This document shows, piece after piece, positions 18,581 through 27,927 of a DNA stretch of 50,646 bases (position 1 is the first letter of the stretch; each line of letters opens with the position of its first letter). Location: assembly GCA_045805065.1 (NCBI GenBank), contig JBJMMA010000152.1, positions 1 to 50,646 on the forward strand, in the 5' to 3' direction. A program made the position numbers and the translations under genes. The notes under the pieces are model-generated. The model saw only the letters and a program-made list of their open reading frames with translations, was not told the DNA's origin and ran no database searches. The stretch is from Bdellovibrionia bacterium. Lineage in GTDB: Bacteria > Bdellovibrionota > UBA1018.

Positions 18581-19318
18581 ATGTTCTTGAAAAAAACTGC
18601 ATTGCACAGGTCTAATACCGGATTCACGCTGGTTGAGCTCATGATTGTTGTTGCCATGGTGGGAGTGCTGAGCGCGATCGCAATACCGAATTATCATCAT
18701 CACACTGCCAAAGCTCGGCAGGCTGAAGCCAAAATTGCTCTTTCGGCGATGTATATCGCCGAACTCAATTATTATTCTGAATTTGGCAGCTATACCATGT
18801 GCATCCGACAAGCTGGGTACGTTCCAGACAGCTCTGTTCGGTATTACCTGGTTGGATCAGCCACTTATGCTCATACGATGAATACCTGCGGGCCTACGGG
18901 CAATAATGACTGCAGAAAGGTCAAATTCACTAACACTGCGGACTGTGCCACCGCTAATCCAGACTGTTGTAATGCACTGGACTTTAACGGCTCCAACACA
19001 ACTCCTCAGTGGCCTGCTCCGATTGGTGCTTCGGATATTATGTATTCAGCCACAGCCTCAGCGGATGCTAACTACAAGCCTATGTATGGGCTTTTCGTTG
19101 GCCCTTCCTCGGGGGGTGGGATAGGTCTTGATACAAAAATGACACGAGATACGTTCGTGCTCGGCGCGGCGGGTTGCGTTTTTCCAATCAGGGCGCCTAA
19201 CTACTGGACTTCACCTGTCCCTAATGCATTACGTTCAACCGCTCATGCTGCAGCGGCTTTTGATGGCTGGATCATCGATCAGAACAAAAAGCTGAGCAAT
19301 CCTAATCCGGGGGCTTGA
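18581..19318 (+). CDS. pilA: Type IV pilin (PilA-like)
   Basis: G|FTLVELMIVVAMVGVLSAIAIPNY, KARQAEAKIAL; Cys-rich head; C-terminal W.IDQNK. Confidence 0.88.
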   Translation: MFLKKTALHRSNTGFTLVELMIVVAMVGVLSAIAIPNYHHHTAKARQAEAKIALSAMYIAELNYYSEFGSYTMCIRQAGYVPDSSVRYYLVGSATYAHTMNTCGPTGNNDCRKVKFTNTADCATANPDCCNALDFNGSNTTPQWPAPIGASDIMYSATASADANYKPMYGLFVGPSSGGGIGLDTKMTRDTFVLGAAGCVFPIRAPNYWTSPVPNALRSTAHAAAAFDGWIIDQNKKLSNPNPGA

Positions 19319-19330
19319 GGCAAGCTTGGG

Positions 19331-19750
19331 TTATTTTAGTTTTCGAGCTTCATAAATTCGAAACCCGATGATGAGAGCACCGACGAGAAGTAGGTCGAGT
19401 AGGAAACTAAATCCTTTACCTAAGGCTCCTGCAGTCCAGGCGTGAGCTTGCATTGCTTTTTCAAAATCGGCTGCTGATTGCCACTCTCGCCAGATTAAAA
19501 GTGCCAACGAGATCGTGAAAAAGGTTGTCGACGTTCTCTTTAAGAAAGAGGCCGCGATTCCAACGGCCAGAAAGGGGATGAGATCTAGCCAGTAGTAACC
19601 AAGGGTCTCTCGGGCAATCTTGCTAAATCCCACATCGCTTATGCTTCGTGCACTCGGGTAATTGACGTGGAAATAATGCTCAAAGAGAAGAGGGCATAGG
19701 TACCCACATACTGTTGAGATCAGAATGAAGAGGAGGAACCGAGCCTTCAT
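19331..19750 (-). CDS. Hypothetical membrane protein (about 4 TM)
   Basis: 139-aa ORF with hydrophobic helices. Confidence 0.65.
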   Translation of the reverse strand: MKARFLLFILISTVCGYLCPLLFEHYFHVNYPSARSISDVGFSKIARETLGYYWLDLIPFLAVGIAASFLKRTSTTFFTISLALLIWREWQSAADFEKAMQAHAWTAGALGKGFSFLLDLLLVGALIIGFRIYEARKLK

Positions 19751-19805
19751 ATTGTCATGATGGTAGGAATACTACTATGGGTCAACTTTTAAGATCTTTT
19801 GGCTG

Positions 19806-20270
19806 ATGGCCTTTGTGTGCATCAGTGAAGTCTTTGGAAAGTTTCGTTGTCTCTTTCTGAACGAAGTTTGCTCAGAAGGTAAGTGTATGTTGACCGCTAT
19901 AAGCGATTGGTTAAAATCAGATGAATATGAAACAGCTACTTGTTTCTTGTCTTTTCCATCTCAAGTCTTATGTCCCGCAACGTCTTTGGGCAAAAATTCG
20001 GTCTCGTCATCGAAAAACGATCTCGACTTAAATTGTAAAGACTATACGGACAGTAGCTGTAAAACCGTTTTTGAAGCGAAGTGTGAGTTTCTAAGATGGC
20101 ATGGCAGCAACATCAAACGAATGCGGTATGACAAATCCTCTCCGAAGCACACCTTTTTGGTCGAAACCAAAAAAGGCGAATGTGAGAGTCATTGGGTAAA
20201 CGAAGGTGAATGCCGAATTTTGGGAGGGCCTTGTGATCCTGAGGCCCACAAGAAACTGTTTGGTCGGTAA
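19806..20270 (+). CDS. Hypothetical Cys-rich protein; 5' end doubtful, possibly frameshifted
   Basis: C-terminal ~100 aa looks like a small exported Cys-rich domain; the best signal-peptide start (ATG 19927) is out of frame. Confidence 0.4.
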   Translation: MAFVCISEVFGKFRCLFLNEVCSEGKCMLTAISDWLKSDEYETATCFLSFPSQVLCPATSLGKNSVSSSKNDLDLNCKDYTDSSCKTVFEAKCEFLRWHGSNIKRMRYDKSSPKHTFLVETKKGECESHWVNEGECRILGGPCDPEAHKKLFGR

Positions 20271-20368
20271 TCAAATGGTTGATGATCAGATTCTGGCCGA
20301 GAATACGGTAAGTAATCACTATGCAATGTAAAGTGTTGTACAAAAAAGGTTTGAATAACGGTCGATGA

Positions 20369-21487
20369 CTAAGATTTTTTGGCTGAAGCTCTTTTGATGC
20401 GATCGGAAATGGCGTGACCCAGTCCTTCGGTTGTCTCACAAGGTTCAGCAATCAAGATTTCAGCGTCAGAATGATCCAGATCTCTCAAAGCAGAAAAGAG
20501 ATTCTTTGCGATCTCAGCAAGATCGCCTGACTGACTCAGACTTACGGCATGAACTTTTGCACGCGTCCATTGAGAGAGGATTTCTTGAGCCCGCGTTGGA
20601 TCTCCAGACATGAGAAGAACACCCACGTGCGATGGGTTTTGCTTCAAGGCTTCTGGCGCATGAGTGAGTTTGTTAAGAGACGCTGGCAAAAGATAAAGAG
20701 GCTTGGAAGGCGCGTAATGCGACTCAAGCATTCCGGGACCAGGAGCTGCGGTCTGGCCTTGAGCAATGGCGGCGCCTTGTTTTTCGCCTGAAACGCCTGT
20801 TCCTACTTGGGTCTTAAAAAGAGCTTCAATTTCATTGCGAGAGATCTTACCGGGTCTCAGAAGCGAAAGCGTGCCGTCGGGAGCAACGGATAGAACAGTA
20901 GACTCAACGCCAATCTCACAAGACCCGCCATCCAAAATCCAAGAGATACGATCGCCGAGTTCTTCAAAAACATGGCTTGCTTGAGTCGGCGAAATTCTTC
21001 CAAAACGATTGGCGCTGGGTGCAGCGAGTGAAAGTCCTGATTCTTTCAAAAGCGCTTGCGCGACAGGATGCTTGGGCATTCGGATCGCAACGGATCCTAA
21101 TCCAGCTGTCGCAAGATCTGGAACGGTTGGGAGCTTTGGCAGAACGAGAGTCAGAGGGCCTGGCCAATAGCGCTTGATGAGAGCTTCGACGCGCTCCTGA
21201 GCTAAAACGCTTATGGCGTCGATGTTTACAAGTTTCATCTGATGAAGCGATTTAAGTCCGCCAGACAATACATCGTCCGAAACGTGAACAATCAAAGGAT
21301 CAAAAGTCGGGCGCTCTTTTGCTGCAAAGATCTTAGCCAAGACATCAGGGTCCAGTGCATTGCCAGCGAGACCGTAGACGGTCTCGGTCGGCATGCCTGC
21401 AACTTCACCTTTTTGAAGGGCTTGCGCTACCGTCCGGATGTTCTCGGAGGTAGCAGATAATATTTTTGCAGAAGGGGAGTTACTCAT
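20369..21487 (-). CDS. sua5: L-threonylcarbamoyladenylate synthase (Sua5/TsaC2)
   Basis: PTETVYGL, KERPTFDPLIVH, WPGPLT, AAPSANRFG, PGMLESHYAP, C-terminal SUA5 domain. Confidence 0.95.
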   Translation of the reverse strand: MSNSPSAKILSATSENIRTVAQALQKGEVAGMPTETVYGLAGNALDPDVLAKIFAAKERPTFDPLIVHVSDDVLSGGLKSLHQMKLVNIDAISVLAQERVEALIKRYWPGPLTLVLPKLPTVPDLATAGLGSVAIRMPKHPVAQALLKESGLSLAAPSANRFGRISPTQASHVFEELGDRISWILDGGSCEIGVESTVLSVAPDGTLSLLRPGKISRNEIEALFKTQVGTGVSGEKQGAAIAQGQTAAPGPGMLESHYAPSKPLYLLPASLNKLTHAPEALKQNPSHVGVLLMSGDPTRAQEILSQWTRAKVHAVSLSQSGDLAEIAKNLFSALRDLDHSDAEILIAEPCETTEGLGHAISDRIKRASAKKS

Positions 21488-22929
21488 TTTCTCAATTGCT
21501 CAAACGCTTTCCAGACTTCGCCCATCTTCATGCTGTTGGAGCCTTTGATGAGCACTGTGGCGCCAGGTTTTGCGTCTTGAGCAAGCTCTTTAGCAAGATC
21601 CGCGTGAGTTGAAAAGTGCATGAGCTTTCCGCGGAAGCCGCGCTTTTTAAGCTCATCTTGGAGCCAGCCCATTCTCTTGCCATAGAGTAGGACATTGGCC
21701 TGGCCCAAGGATTCAATCCAGTCAGCAGGCTCACGATGAAAAGTCTCTTCATTTGGGCCAAGTTCCAGCATGTCGGCCAAGCAGAGCCAGCGCTCAGATT
21801 GTGTCGAGAGATCGCGTAAGAGCTCAATTCCAGCCTTAAGTGAGGCTGGCTGCGAATTGTAATAATCGCAAATGACCTTTGTGCCGTCATTCAAGGTTTT
21901 CACCTGAGAGCGACCTTCGGGGGCGCTGAAACGCGCAAGGCCCTTTCTCATTTCATCGGGCGTGAGCCCTACAAGAGTTGCGACTGCGATCGCGGCAAGC
22001 AGATTGGTTGCATTGTGTTTTCCAGGAAGCGGGAGCGGGAACTTTTCAACGGTTCTGAAGCCCGCACTGCTGACTTCAAGGGTTTTAAGATCTGCGCTGA
22101 TTTTTCCATGGAGAATGTTTGGAGAAGGAAGCGCAGCTGCAGGATCAAGCGTATAGCCAAGCTTCGTTCCCTGGGAGGTGTTGAAATGAGGAAAGATGCG
22201 GGTGTCATCCAGATTGACCGCAATCATTCCGCTGCGAGAAAGAGTTTCGCTCAAAGCGTATCCTTCTTCACGTGCGACCGTATCAATGTCGATCAACTTT
22301 TCAAGATGCTCAGGCTGAATGACAGTCAGAACGGAAACATCGGGGTGAACGACATCGACATGTCCCTTCATCGTGCCTGGCTCATCAATTCCCACTTCAA
22401 TGACAGCAGCCTGATGAGCACTCGTGAGCTCAAGCAAGGTGAGGGGAATACCCACAAAACCATTCTGGCTTCCCTGGGTTTTAAGGACGTGTTCCCACTT
22501 GCCTTGGAAGAGAGCGGAAAGGAGTTCCTTGGTCGTTGTTTTGCCATTGCTTCCGGCGACCATGGCGACAGGAATCTTAAAACGCGCGCGCCAGGCTTTT
22601 GCGATCTCGCGATAAGCGGTCAGGGTGTCGGGCACCGCGAAAATGCAAACTTCCTTGGGAGCGTTGGCAAGTGCTGGGTGGCCTTGGCGTGAGAGGATTC
22701 CCTTGGCGCCTTTTTCCATCGCAGCTTGAATAAAATCGTGGCCATCAAAGGTTTCACCCGGGATCGCGATGAAAAGACAGCCCGGGGTAATCTTGCGAGA
22801 ATCTGTCACAATCGCCGGGAAGGTAAGATTTTGAAACTCCGAGGGGAGCGTGCCCTGCACGAGATGAAGATTTTTTAATGTGCTGAAAATCCAGTGGGCC
22901 TGCCATTCCGTGGTCACGTGTGACGTCAT
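21484..22929 (-). CDS. murF: UDP-MurNAc-tripeptide--D-Ala-D-Ala ligase
   Basis: TDSRKI, FDGHDF, AGSNGKTTTKE, DYYNSQP.S, DMLELG, LIKGSNSMKM; ATG at 22929 chosen to avoid overlap with the divergent ABC gene. Confidence 0.93.
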   Translation of the reverse strand: MTSHVTTEWQAHWIFSTLKNLHLVQGTLPSEFQNLTFPAIVTDSRKITPGCLFIAIPGETFDGHDFIQAAMEKGAKGILSRQGHPALANAPKEVCIFAVPDTLTAYREIAKAWRARFKIPVAMVAGSNGKTTTKELLSALFQGKWEHVLKTQGSQNGFVGIPLTLLELTSAHQAAVIEVGIDEPGTMKGHVDVVHPDVSVLTVIQPEHLEKLIDIDTVAREEGYALSETLSRSGMIAVNLDDTRIFPHFNTSQGTKLGYTLDPAAALPSPNILHGKISADLKTLEVSSAGFRTVEKFPLPLPGKHNATNLLAAIAVATLVGLTPDEMRKGLARFSAPEGRSQVKTLNDGTKVICDYYNSQPASLKAGIELLRDLSTQSERWLCLADMLELGPNEETFHREPADWIESLGQANVLLYGKRMGWLQDELKKRGFRGKLMHFSTHADLAKELAQDAKPGATVLIKGSNSMKMGEVWKAFEQLRK

Positions 22930-22969
22930 AGTGGCAGTTTCGCATAGGTTATGAGAAAAGAGAAACCCT

Positions 22970-23671
22970 ATGGCCTCATTGCTCTCCGTTCGAGATCTGC
23001 GCATTGGATATGGAAACACGGTCATTTTGCCGGCCATCAGCTTTGAGCTTCAGCCCGGCCAGGTGACCTCAATTGTTGGCCACAATGGCTCAGGAAAATC
23101 GACGCTGCTCAAGACCCTTCTGGGCCTGCAACCCAAGGTATCGGGCGAGATCATACTCGATAAAAGCCAGCGGGTGGGTTACGTGCCGCAGCGCGAAGCG
23201 ATGGATCCGATCTACCCGGTTCGGGTTAGAGATGTTGTGGAGACTGGGCGCTACGGGATCCGAGGAGTAGGTCGCTGGCTGACTCACGAGGATCACCAGC
23301 AGGTGGATGAGGCCATGAAGAAGACAGGAGTCACCGCTCTTCAGAAGAATCTTTTCAGAACTCTCTCAGGCGGTGAGCAGCAGCGGGCGCTTCTCTCACG
23401 AGCCCTTTGTACTGAGCCTACGATCCTTATCCTGGATGAGCCGACCGCCTCGATGGATGAGAAAGGTGCTCATGAGGCGATGAGCTTGACTTTGAAAGTC
23501 GCTCAAGAGCGAAATGCTGCCATTCTCATGGTCAATCACTTCATTGATCTCGTGATTGAGGTCTCGCAACAAGTCGTATTTTTAGATCGCGATCGCCAGA
23601 TCGTTCAGGTCGGAACTCCTCAGGAGATCTTTGCTGATCGCGCAACTCGTAGCTCCGGAGGGGGTGCTTAA
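22970..23671 (+). CDS. Zn/Mn ABC transporter ATPase (ZnuC-like)
   Basis: GHNGSGKST, GYVPQ, LSGGEQQR, ILDEPT. Confidence 0.9.
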   Translation: MASLLSVRDLRIGYGNTVILPAISFELQPGQVTSIVGHNGSGKSTLLKTLLGLQPKVSGEIILDKSQRVGYVPQREAMDPIYPVRVRDVVETGRYGIRGVGRWLTHEDHQQVDEAMKKTGVTALQKNLFRTLSGGEQQRALLSRALCTEPTILILDEPTASMDEKGAHEAMSLTLKVAQERNAAILMVNHFIDLVIEVSQQVVFLDRDRQIVQVGTPQEIFADRATRSSGGGA

Positions 23672-24556
23672 ATGGGTGCTTCTCTCTTTGATAAACTTCA
23701 GCTCTTCATGGCCTCCTACCAGCTTTGGGGAGGGGCAGTCGTTGCGGGAATGGTTGCAGGCTGGGTCTGCGGATTCTTAGGCGTGTACATCATTCTTCAT
23801 CGCATCGTTTTTGTCTCTGCCGCGATGTCAGAAGTATCATCCTTAGGCGTCATGGTTGCGTTCTGGCTTGCGCAGATGCAGGCCGTGAATCAAGAGCAGC
23901 ATACCGAAGACGTTCTGCCACTCATCTTTGCAGCACTCTTCACCGGTATTTTTGCTGCCGCCATGGCAGGGCAGGCCTCAGCCCGTATCGCAGACCGCTC
24001 AAAGTCGGCGGAGTCTTTCATTGGCGCGGTTTATCTCTTGTCGACCGCGGGCCTGATTGTGATTGGCGACCGGGTTACGCAAGGCGCACATGATGTTGCA
24101 AACGTTCTCTTTGGAAATACCGTCATTGTTGATAACGGCCACTTGATGCTTCTTCTGGCCGTATGCATTCCGGTCTTCTTGTTTCATCTCGTCTTCAAGA
24201 AGGACATTCTCTTTATCTCATTCGATCCCGTCATGGCTTTGACGCTTGGGTATCCAGTGGGCCTTCTTCGCGTTCTGCTTCTGGTGACGCTGGGGATCGT
24301 GATCAGCATTGGAACGCGCGTGATTGGTGCGCTTCCGATCTTCAGTCTATCCGTATTGCCGGCGGCAGCCTGCCTGACGCTCTTTAAGGATACACGTAAG
24401 ACTTTCTGGGCTTCGGCTATCTTAGGGGCGCTCTCGGCCTTCCTGGGCTATCTGGTCTCGTTCCTGTTTTCGTTCCCAACCGGCGCTTGCATCACTTTAG
24501 TTGCTGGCGGATTCCTGATTCTTTCCCGCGGGATACAGAAAATCCGGGGTGAGTAA
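23672..24556 (+). CDS. Zn/Mn ABC transporter permease (ZnuB-like)
   Basis: GFLGVYIILHRIVF, LFGN, SFDPVMA..LG, PAAA, PTGACI. Confidence 0.88.
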   Translation: MGASLFDKLQLFMASYQLWGGAVVAGMVAGWVCGFLGVYIILHRIVFVSAAMSEVSSLGVMVAFWLAQMQAVNQEQHTEDVLPLIFAALFTGIFAAAMAGQASARIADRSKSAESFIGAVYLLSTAGLIVIGDRVTQGAHDVANVLFGNTVIVDNGHLMLLLAVCIPVFLFHLVFKKDILFISFDPVMALTLGYPVGLLRVLLLVTLGIVISIGTRVIGALPIFSLSVLPAAACLTLFKDTRKTFWASAILGALSAFLGYLVSFLFSFPTGACITLVAGGFLILSRGIQKIRGE

Positions 24557-24617
24557 GTCCTGACACATCTTGAGCCTCAGGTGGATTGCACCGATATGCC
24601 GTTGAAAGGCTCAACCT

Positions 24618-26681
24618 ATGGCTTTGGGACATCTCAGTGGAATCGTTGCAAGCATTGCCCTCATTCTCGGAGGCTGTGGTTTTGCGCTCTTTCTCTTACG
24701 GAAGAACTTCAAGAAGGACATCAAAGAAGTCGTTCCGAAAAAGAAATCCAAAATCAAAAAGGTGGCCGCCAAGGCTGCGCCTCAAGAGACACCTCGAGAT
24801 ACGTCTCGGGATGCGCCTCAGGATGCGTCTCAGGATGCGTTAGGGGCGCAGACCGTGGAGACGCGCACCGAGTTCAAGTTCGATCTTGAGCCTAAAGCTG
24901 CCGTCGAAGTTTCTGTTCCGCAACTTCTGGCTTCATCGCAAAATCAGTTAACTCCTCTTGCTACGAGTGAGCCAGAGGTAATCGTTCCAGAGGTTCCGGT
25001 CGATCCTTCGGGCGTTGTGCAAAAGGTCGAAGCGCCTGTCTCTGCGCATCGCTCTTATAAAGTAACTTCCATTCACGTCGCAATCTGGCCTTATGATCGT
25101 GTTCTCGAGCGACTCAATCCGGATCATGCCTTTGAAGCCTTGAATGAGTTTCACGGGATCGGCGTGAGCTGGGCCGAAAGAAACCAAGTCATCTATGAGC
25201 GAAGCTCAGGTGCATCGTTTTATCTTCACTGGACCGATGAGTCCAAGGCCGCTGACGCACTCAGAATCACGCTTGAGCTCAGGCAGGAGTTCATGGAGTG
25301 GAATGACGTTAGAAAAGCTCAAGGCTATCTTCCATTCATGGTGGTCATGGGCGCTGACCTGGGGCTTGCGCTCTGGGCAGTCATTGGACCTGATGGTCAT
25401 CGCAAAGAATCAATCGTTGGGGAAGTGACCGCTCGCTCGCGCGCACTCTCGCAAATCTCGCTTGCGGTGGGAACGAACCTGCTTGCAAGTGACACTCTCT
25501 GGTCGAGCGTGTCGGGTCAGTTCCTCGGTGAGAAAGTGGCATCGGCCACTTTGACTGCATTTAAGAATCTGACGACTTGTTACAAGATTCAGGGTTATTA
25601 CGACGAGCAGGGAAAAGAGGTCTGGATGCGTGGCTCGGATCATTACATGGATCCGGAGAGCTGCCATGCGGATGCTCCAAGAATTGAAAAGAACGAGCCT
25701 ACGAAACTTTGGCATGTCAATAACGGCTCTCAAATCCTGGGCCCATTGTGCGCAAAGGATGTCGGTCGTGCTTTGTACTCACTCGATCTTGATTTTGATT
25801 GTGAATGCTGGGAAGCCGGCGGCGCCAATCGCGTCTCCATCGAAAGAAGCGGAATGTTTGGCGGAGTTGCTGATGAGCACGCTCGTTTCTGGGTCTTTGA
25901 TGGAGATGTGCTTCATGGTCCTTTGACCGAAGAGTTCTTGAAGACCGGCATGGGAAAGAAAGTCTTTCCTCGTGACTCTTATGTCTGCGAAAAAAGCACG
26001 ATCAATGGTTGGAAGCCTTTGATGGAGCTTCGCGCGTCGATTTTCGCTGTTGAAGCAGCTCCTGCTTCAGTGGTCACTCCTGTTTTTGAAGCGCCTGTTG
26101 CTGTTGAAGCTCCTGTACTTGGTGAAGTGCCAGTTGCAGAAGTTACTTCAAATGAACCTGTCCTGGTCAACATGCCAGTATTTACGGCCGCTGAAGAAGT
26201 TGAAGAAGAAGAACCAACCGCAAGCATGGATCTTGTTGCGATGGCGGCAGCTGCTGCAGCTTCTGGTTCTGCCGAACCTTCATTAAGCCTGGAGAGCTTT
26301 GGGAACACCCTGAGCCCTGTGAGTGAAGAGCCTCCGGCACCACCTGCTGCGCCAATGCTAGTGTCGCTTGAGTCAGCAGCACCAAGCTCTTTTGTCCTGG
26401 AGGAGCCACCAGCTCCTCCGATGTTTTCAATGCCAGAGCCACCAGCTCCTCCAACGCTTTCAATGCCAGAGCCACCTGCAGCACCGGTGATTGAGCTTAA
26501 GCCCATGACGCTTGAAGCTGCTCCAGCGTTTGAGCTGGCGCCTCCTGCGCCTCCGACTCCACCAGCGGCTCCGGAAGCACCGCCAGCCCCAGTTGCAACA
26601 GCTGAAGTTGCACCAGCGATCGAAATGCCGATCCTGATGCCAGTGCTGGAAGCGGTCGCAAGCCCAAGAAAAAGCGCTTAA
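24618..26681 (+). CDS. Membrane-anchored protein: degenerate class III cyclase-like domain, two GYF_2-like domains, Pro/Ala/Glu-rich tail
   Basis: N-terminal TM; MGADLGLALWAVIGPDGHRKESIVGEVTARSRAL resembles the cyclase GIHTG...GDTVN.ASRL motif; WHV..GSQILGPL and FWVFDGDVLHGPL. Confidence 0.65.
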   Translation: MALGHLSGIVASIALILGGCGFALFLLRKNFKKDIKEVVPKKKSKIKKVAAKAAPQETPRDTSRDAPQDASQDALGAQTVETRTEFKFDLEPKAAVEVSVPQLLASSQNQLTPLATSEPEVIVPEVPVDPSGVVQKVEAPVSAHRSYKVTSIHVAIWPYDRVLERLNPDHAFEALNEFHGIGVSWAERNQVIYERSSGASFYLHWTDESKAADALRITLELRQEFMEWNDVRKAQGYLPFMVVMGADLGLALWAVIGPDGHRKESIVGEVTARSRALSQISLAVGTNLLASDTLWSSVSGQFLGEKVASATLTAFKNLTTCYKIQGYYDEQGKEVWMRGSDHYMDPESCHADAPRIEKNEPTKLWHVNNGSQILGPLCAKDVGRALYSLDLDFDCECWEAGGANRVSIERSGMFGGVADEHARFWVFDGDVLHGPLTEEFLKTGMGKKVFPRDSYVCEKSTINGWKPLMELRASIFAVEAAPASVVTPVFEAPVAVEAPVLGEVPVAEVTSNEPVLVNMPVFTAAEEVEEEEPTASMDLVAMAAAAAASGSAEPSLSLESFGNTLSPVSEEPPAPPAAPMLVSLESAAPSSFVLEEPPAPPMFSMPEPPAPPTLSMPEPPAAPVIELKPMTLEAAPAFELAPPAPPTPPAAPEAPPAPVATAEVAPAIEMPILMPVLEAVASPRKSA
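24774..24845 (+). repeat. Six imperfect 12-bp tandem repeats within the CDS
   Basis: gctgcgcctcaa gagacacctcga gatacgtctcgg gatgcgcctcag gatgcgtctcag gatgcgttaggg. Confidence 0.7.
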
Positions 26682-26808
26682 TCGTCTCAAAGCCTGATTC
26701 TGGGGTGCATTCGGAGAAGTCCGAATGTCTCCGAACGGTTTGTTCCTCAAGTCTTTGACACCTGCGTGTGGCCCTTTACAGTGAGAGTATTCAATCTGGG
26801 GGGGCGAC

Positions 26809-27318
26809 ATGATTTCGAAAAACTGGATGCGAGTTGTAGTAGGAATTCTTTCCGCAATCATACTTACAGCCTGTGAAGCAGAAAATGTGGAATGGCGGAG
26901 CGGGAGCAATGTTCTCATTTGGGCTTCTTCGGTTTCAGAGTGTAAAGGTATCTATAATCGGCTTGTGAAGGAACTCGGTCAATTCGGCGTTAACGTGAGA
27001 GCGAGTATTGCTTGTGGTCAATCCTGGGCTCCGGGAAGTCAGGGCGCAGCCTCTGCGGATGTTGATCCACCGATCTCTGTCGCATATTTTGGCAAGTCTT
27101 TTGAGCGAGACCGCACTGCCGAGTATTTATTGAAACAGTGCAACGATGAAATCGATCAATACATGGCGTATGTCGCAAAATGGGGCGGAGTGATCATTTC
27201 AGTAAAGCATTGCACGAAAAAGAAGGGGCAAGCTTGGGAGGATTGGATCAATACCGGTCAAGTTGCCTCGGTGCTGAGCGGTAATCAAGCCTCAATCATT
27301 CCATCAGAAGTAAAATAA
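26809..27318 (+). CDS. Hypothetical lipoprotein
   Basis: Lipobox ILTA|C, GGGGGG RBS. Confidence 0.75.
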   Translation: MISKNWMRVVVGILSAIILTACEAENVEWRSGSNVLIWASSVSECKGIYNRLVKELGQFGVNVRASIACGQSWAPGSQGAASADVDPPISVAYFGKSFERDRTAEYLLKQCNDEIDQYMAYVAKWGGVIISVKHCTKKKGQAWEDWINTGQVASVLSGNQASIIPSEVK

Positions 27319-27537
27319 TGATTATTATTTTTAATCGCACAAAGTTTTAAGCTTTTGTATCGAAGCAGAATTCGATCGCGAGCAGACTCCCCAATGTGAA
27401 CTTGCCGACTGATGCCCTGAAATGAGTCAGGCGTCGGTTCTTCGGAATGAAGATGGCCGTTCAGGTTGGGGAATATGCTTTTCTACGAGATTTGGTATTT
27501 TTGGCAAAATAATGGCGTCTGAAAGTAGTCCCACGAG

Positions 27538-27909
27538 ATGACGATTTCCACTGTGGCTTTAGTCGAAGACGACTCGGACATTAGGAACCTGACAGCAGCA
27601 ATGCTGGAGGACAGTGGCTACAATGTCATCACGTTTGAGGACGGGGCGTCGGCTTTAAGAAAACTATCGGCAGAAGAAAAGACAGTATGCGCACTTTTGA
27701 CTGATTTTAAGATGCCATGCCTGGATGGTGTGTCGCTCATTCGCGAGCTTCACGAAAGGCAAATCAAGATCCCGATCATCGTTTTGATCTCTGGGGATAT
27801 TGACGGCTCACATAGGCTTGAATCTCTCTCCAACGAGATAGCCATCAAAGTTTTAAGAAAGCCCTACTCAAAGGAAGCGTTGCTGAGTTTGCTTCACCGC
27901 GTGAAGTGA
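27538..27909 (+). CDS. Single-domain response regulator (REC)
   Basis: LVEDD, LLTDFKMP.LDG, LISG, LRKPY. Confidence 0.92.
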   Translation: MTISTVALVEDDSDIRNLTAAMLEDSGYNVITFEDGASALRKLSAEEKTVCALLTDFKMPCLDGVSLIRELHERQIKIPIIVLISGDIDGSHRLESLSNEIAIKVLRKPYSKEALLSLLHRVK

Positions 27910-27927
27910 ATTGGAGATTGCACAATC

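Noticed and set aside
26708..26735. Hairpin cattcgga-gaag-tccgaatg after the pseudo-cyclase gene
   Set aside because: No U-tract and no second copy; function cannot be supported.
27400..27445. Hammerhead-like CTGATG...GAAA hairpin
   Set aside because: The core is CTGATGC rather than CTGATGA and stem II is missing; at most a weak hairpin.
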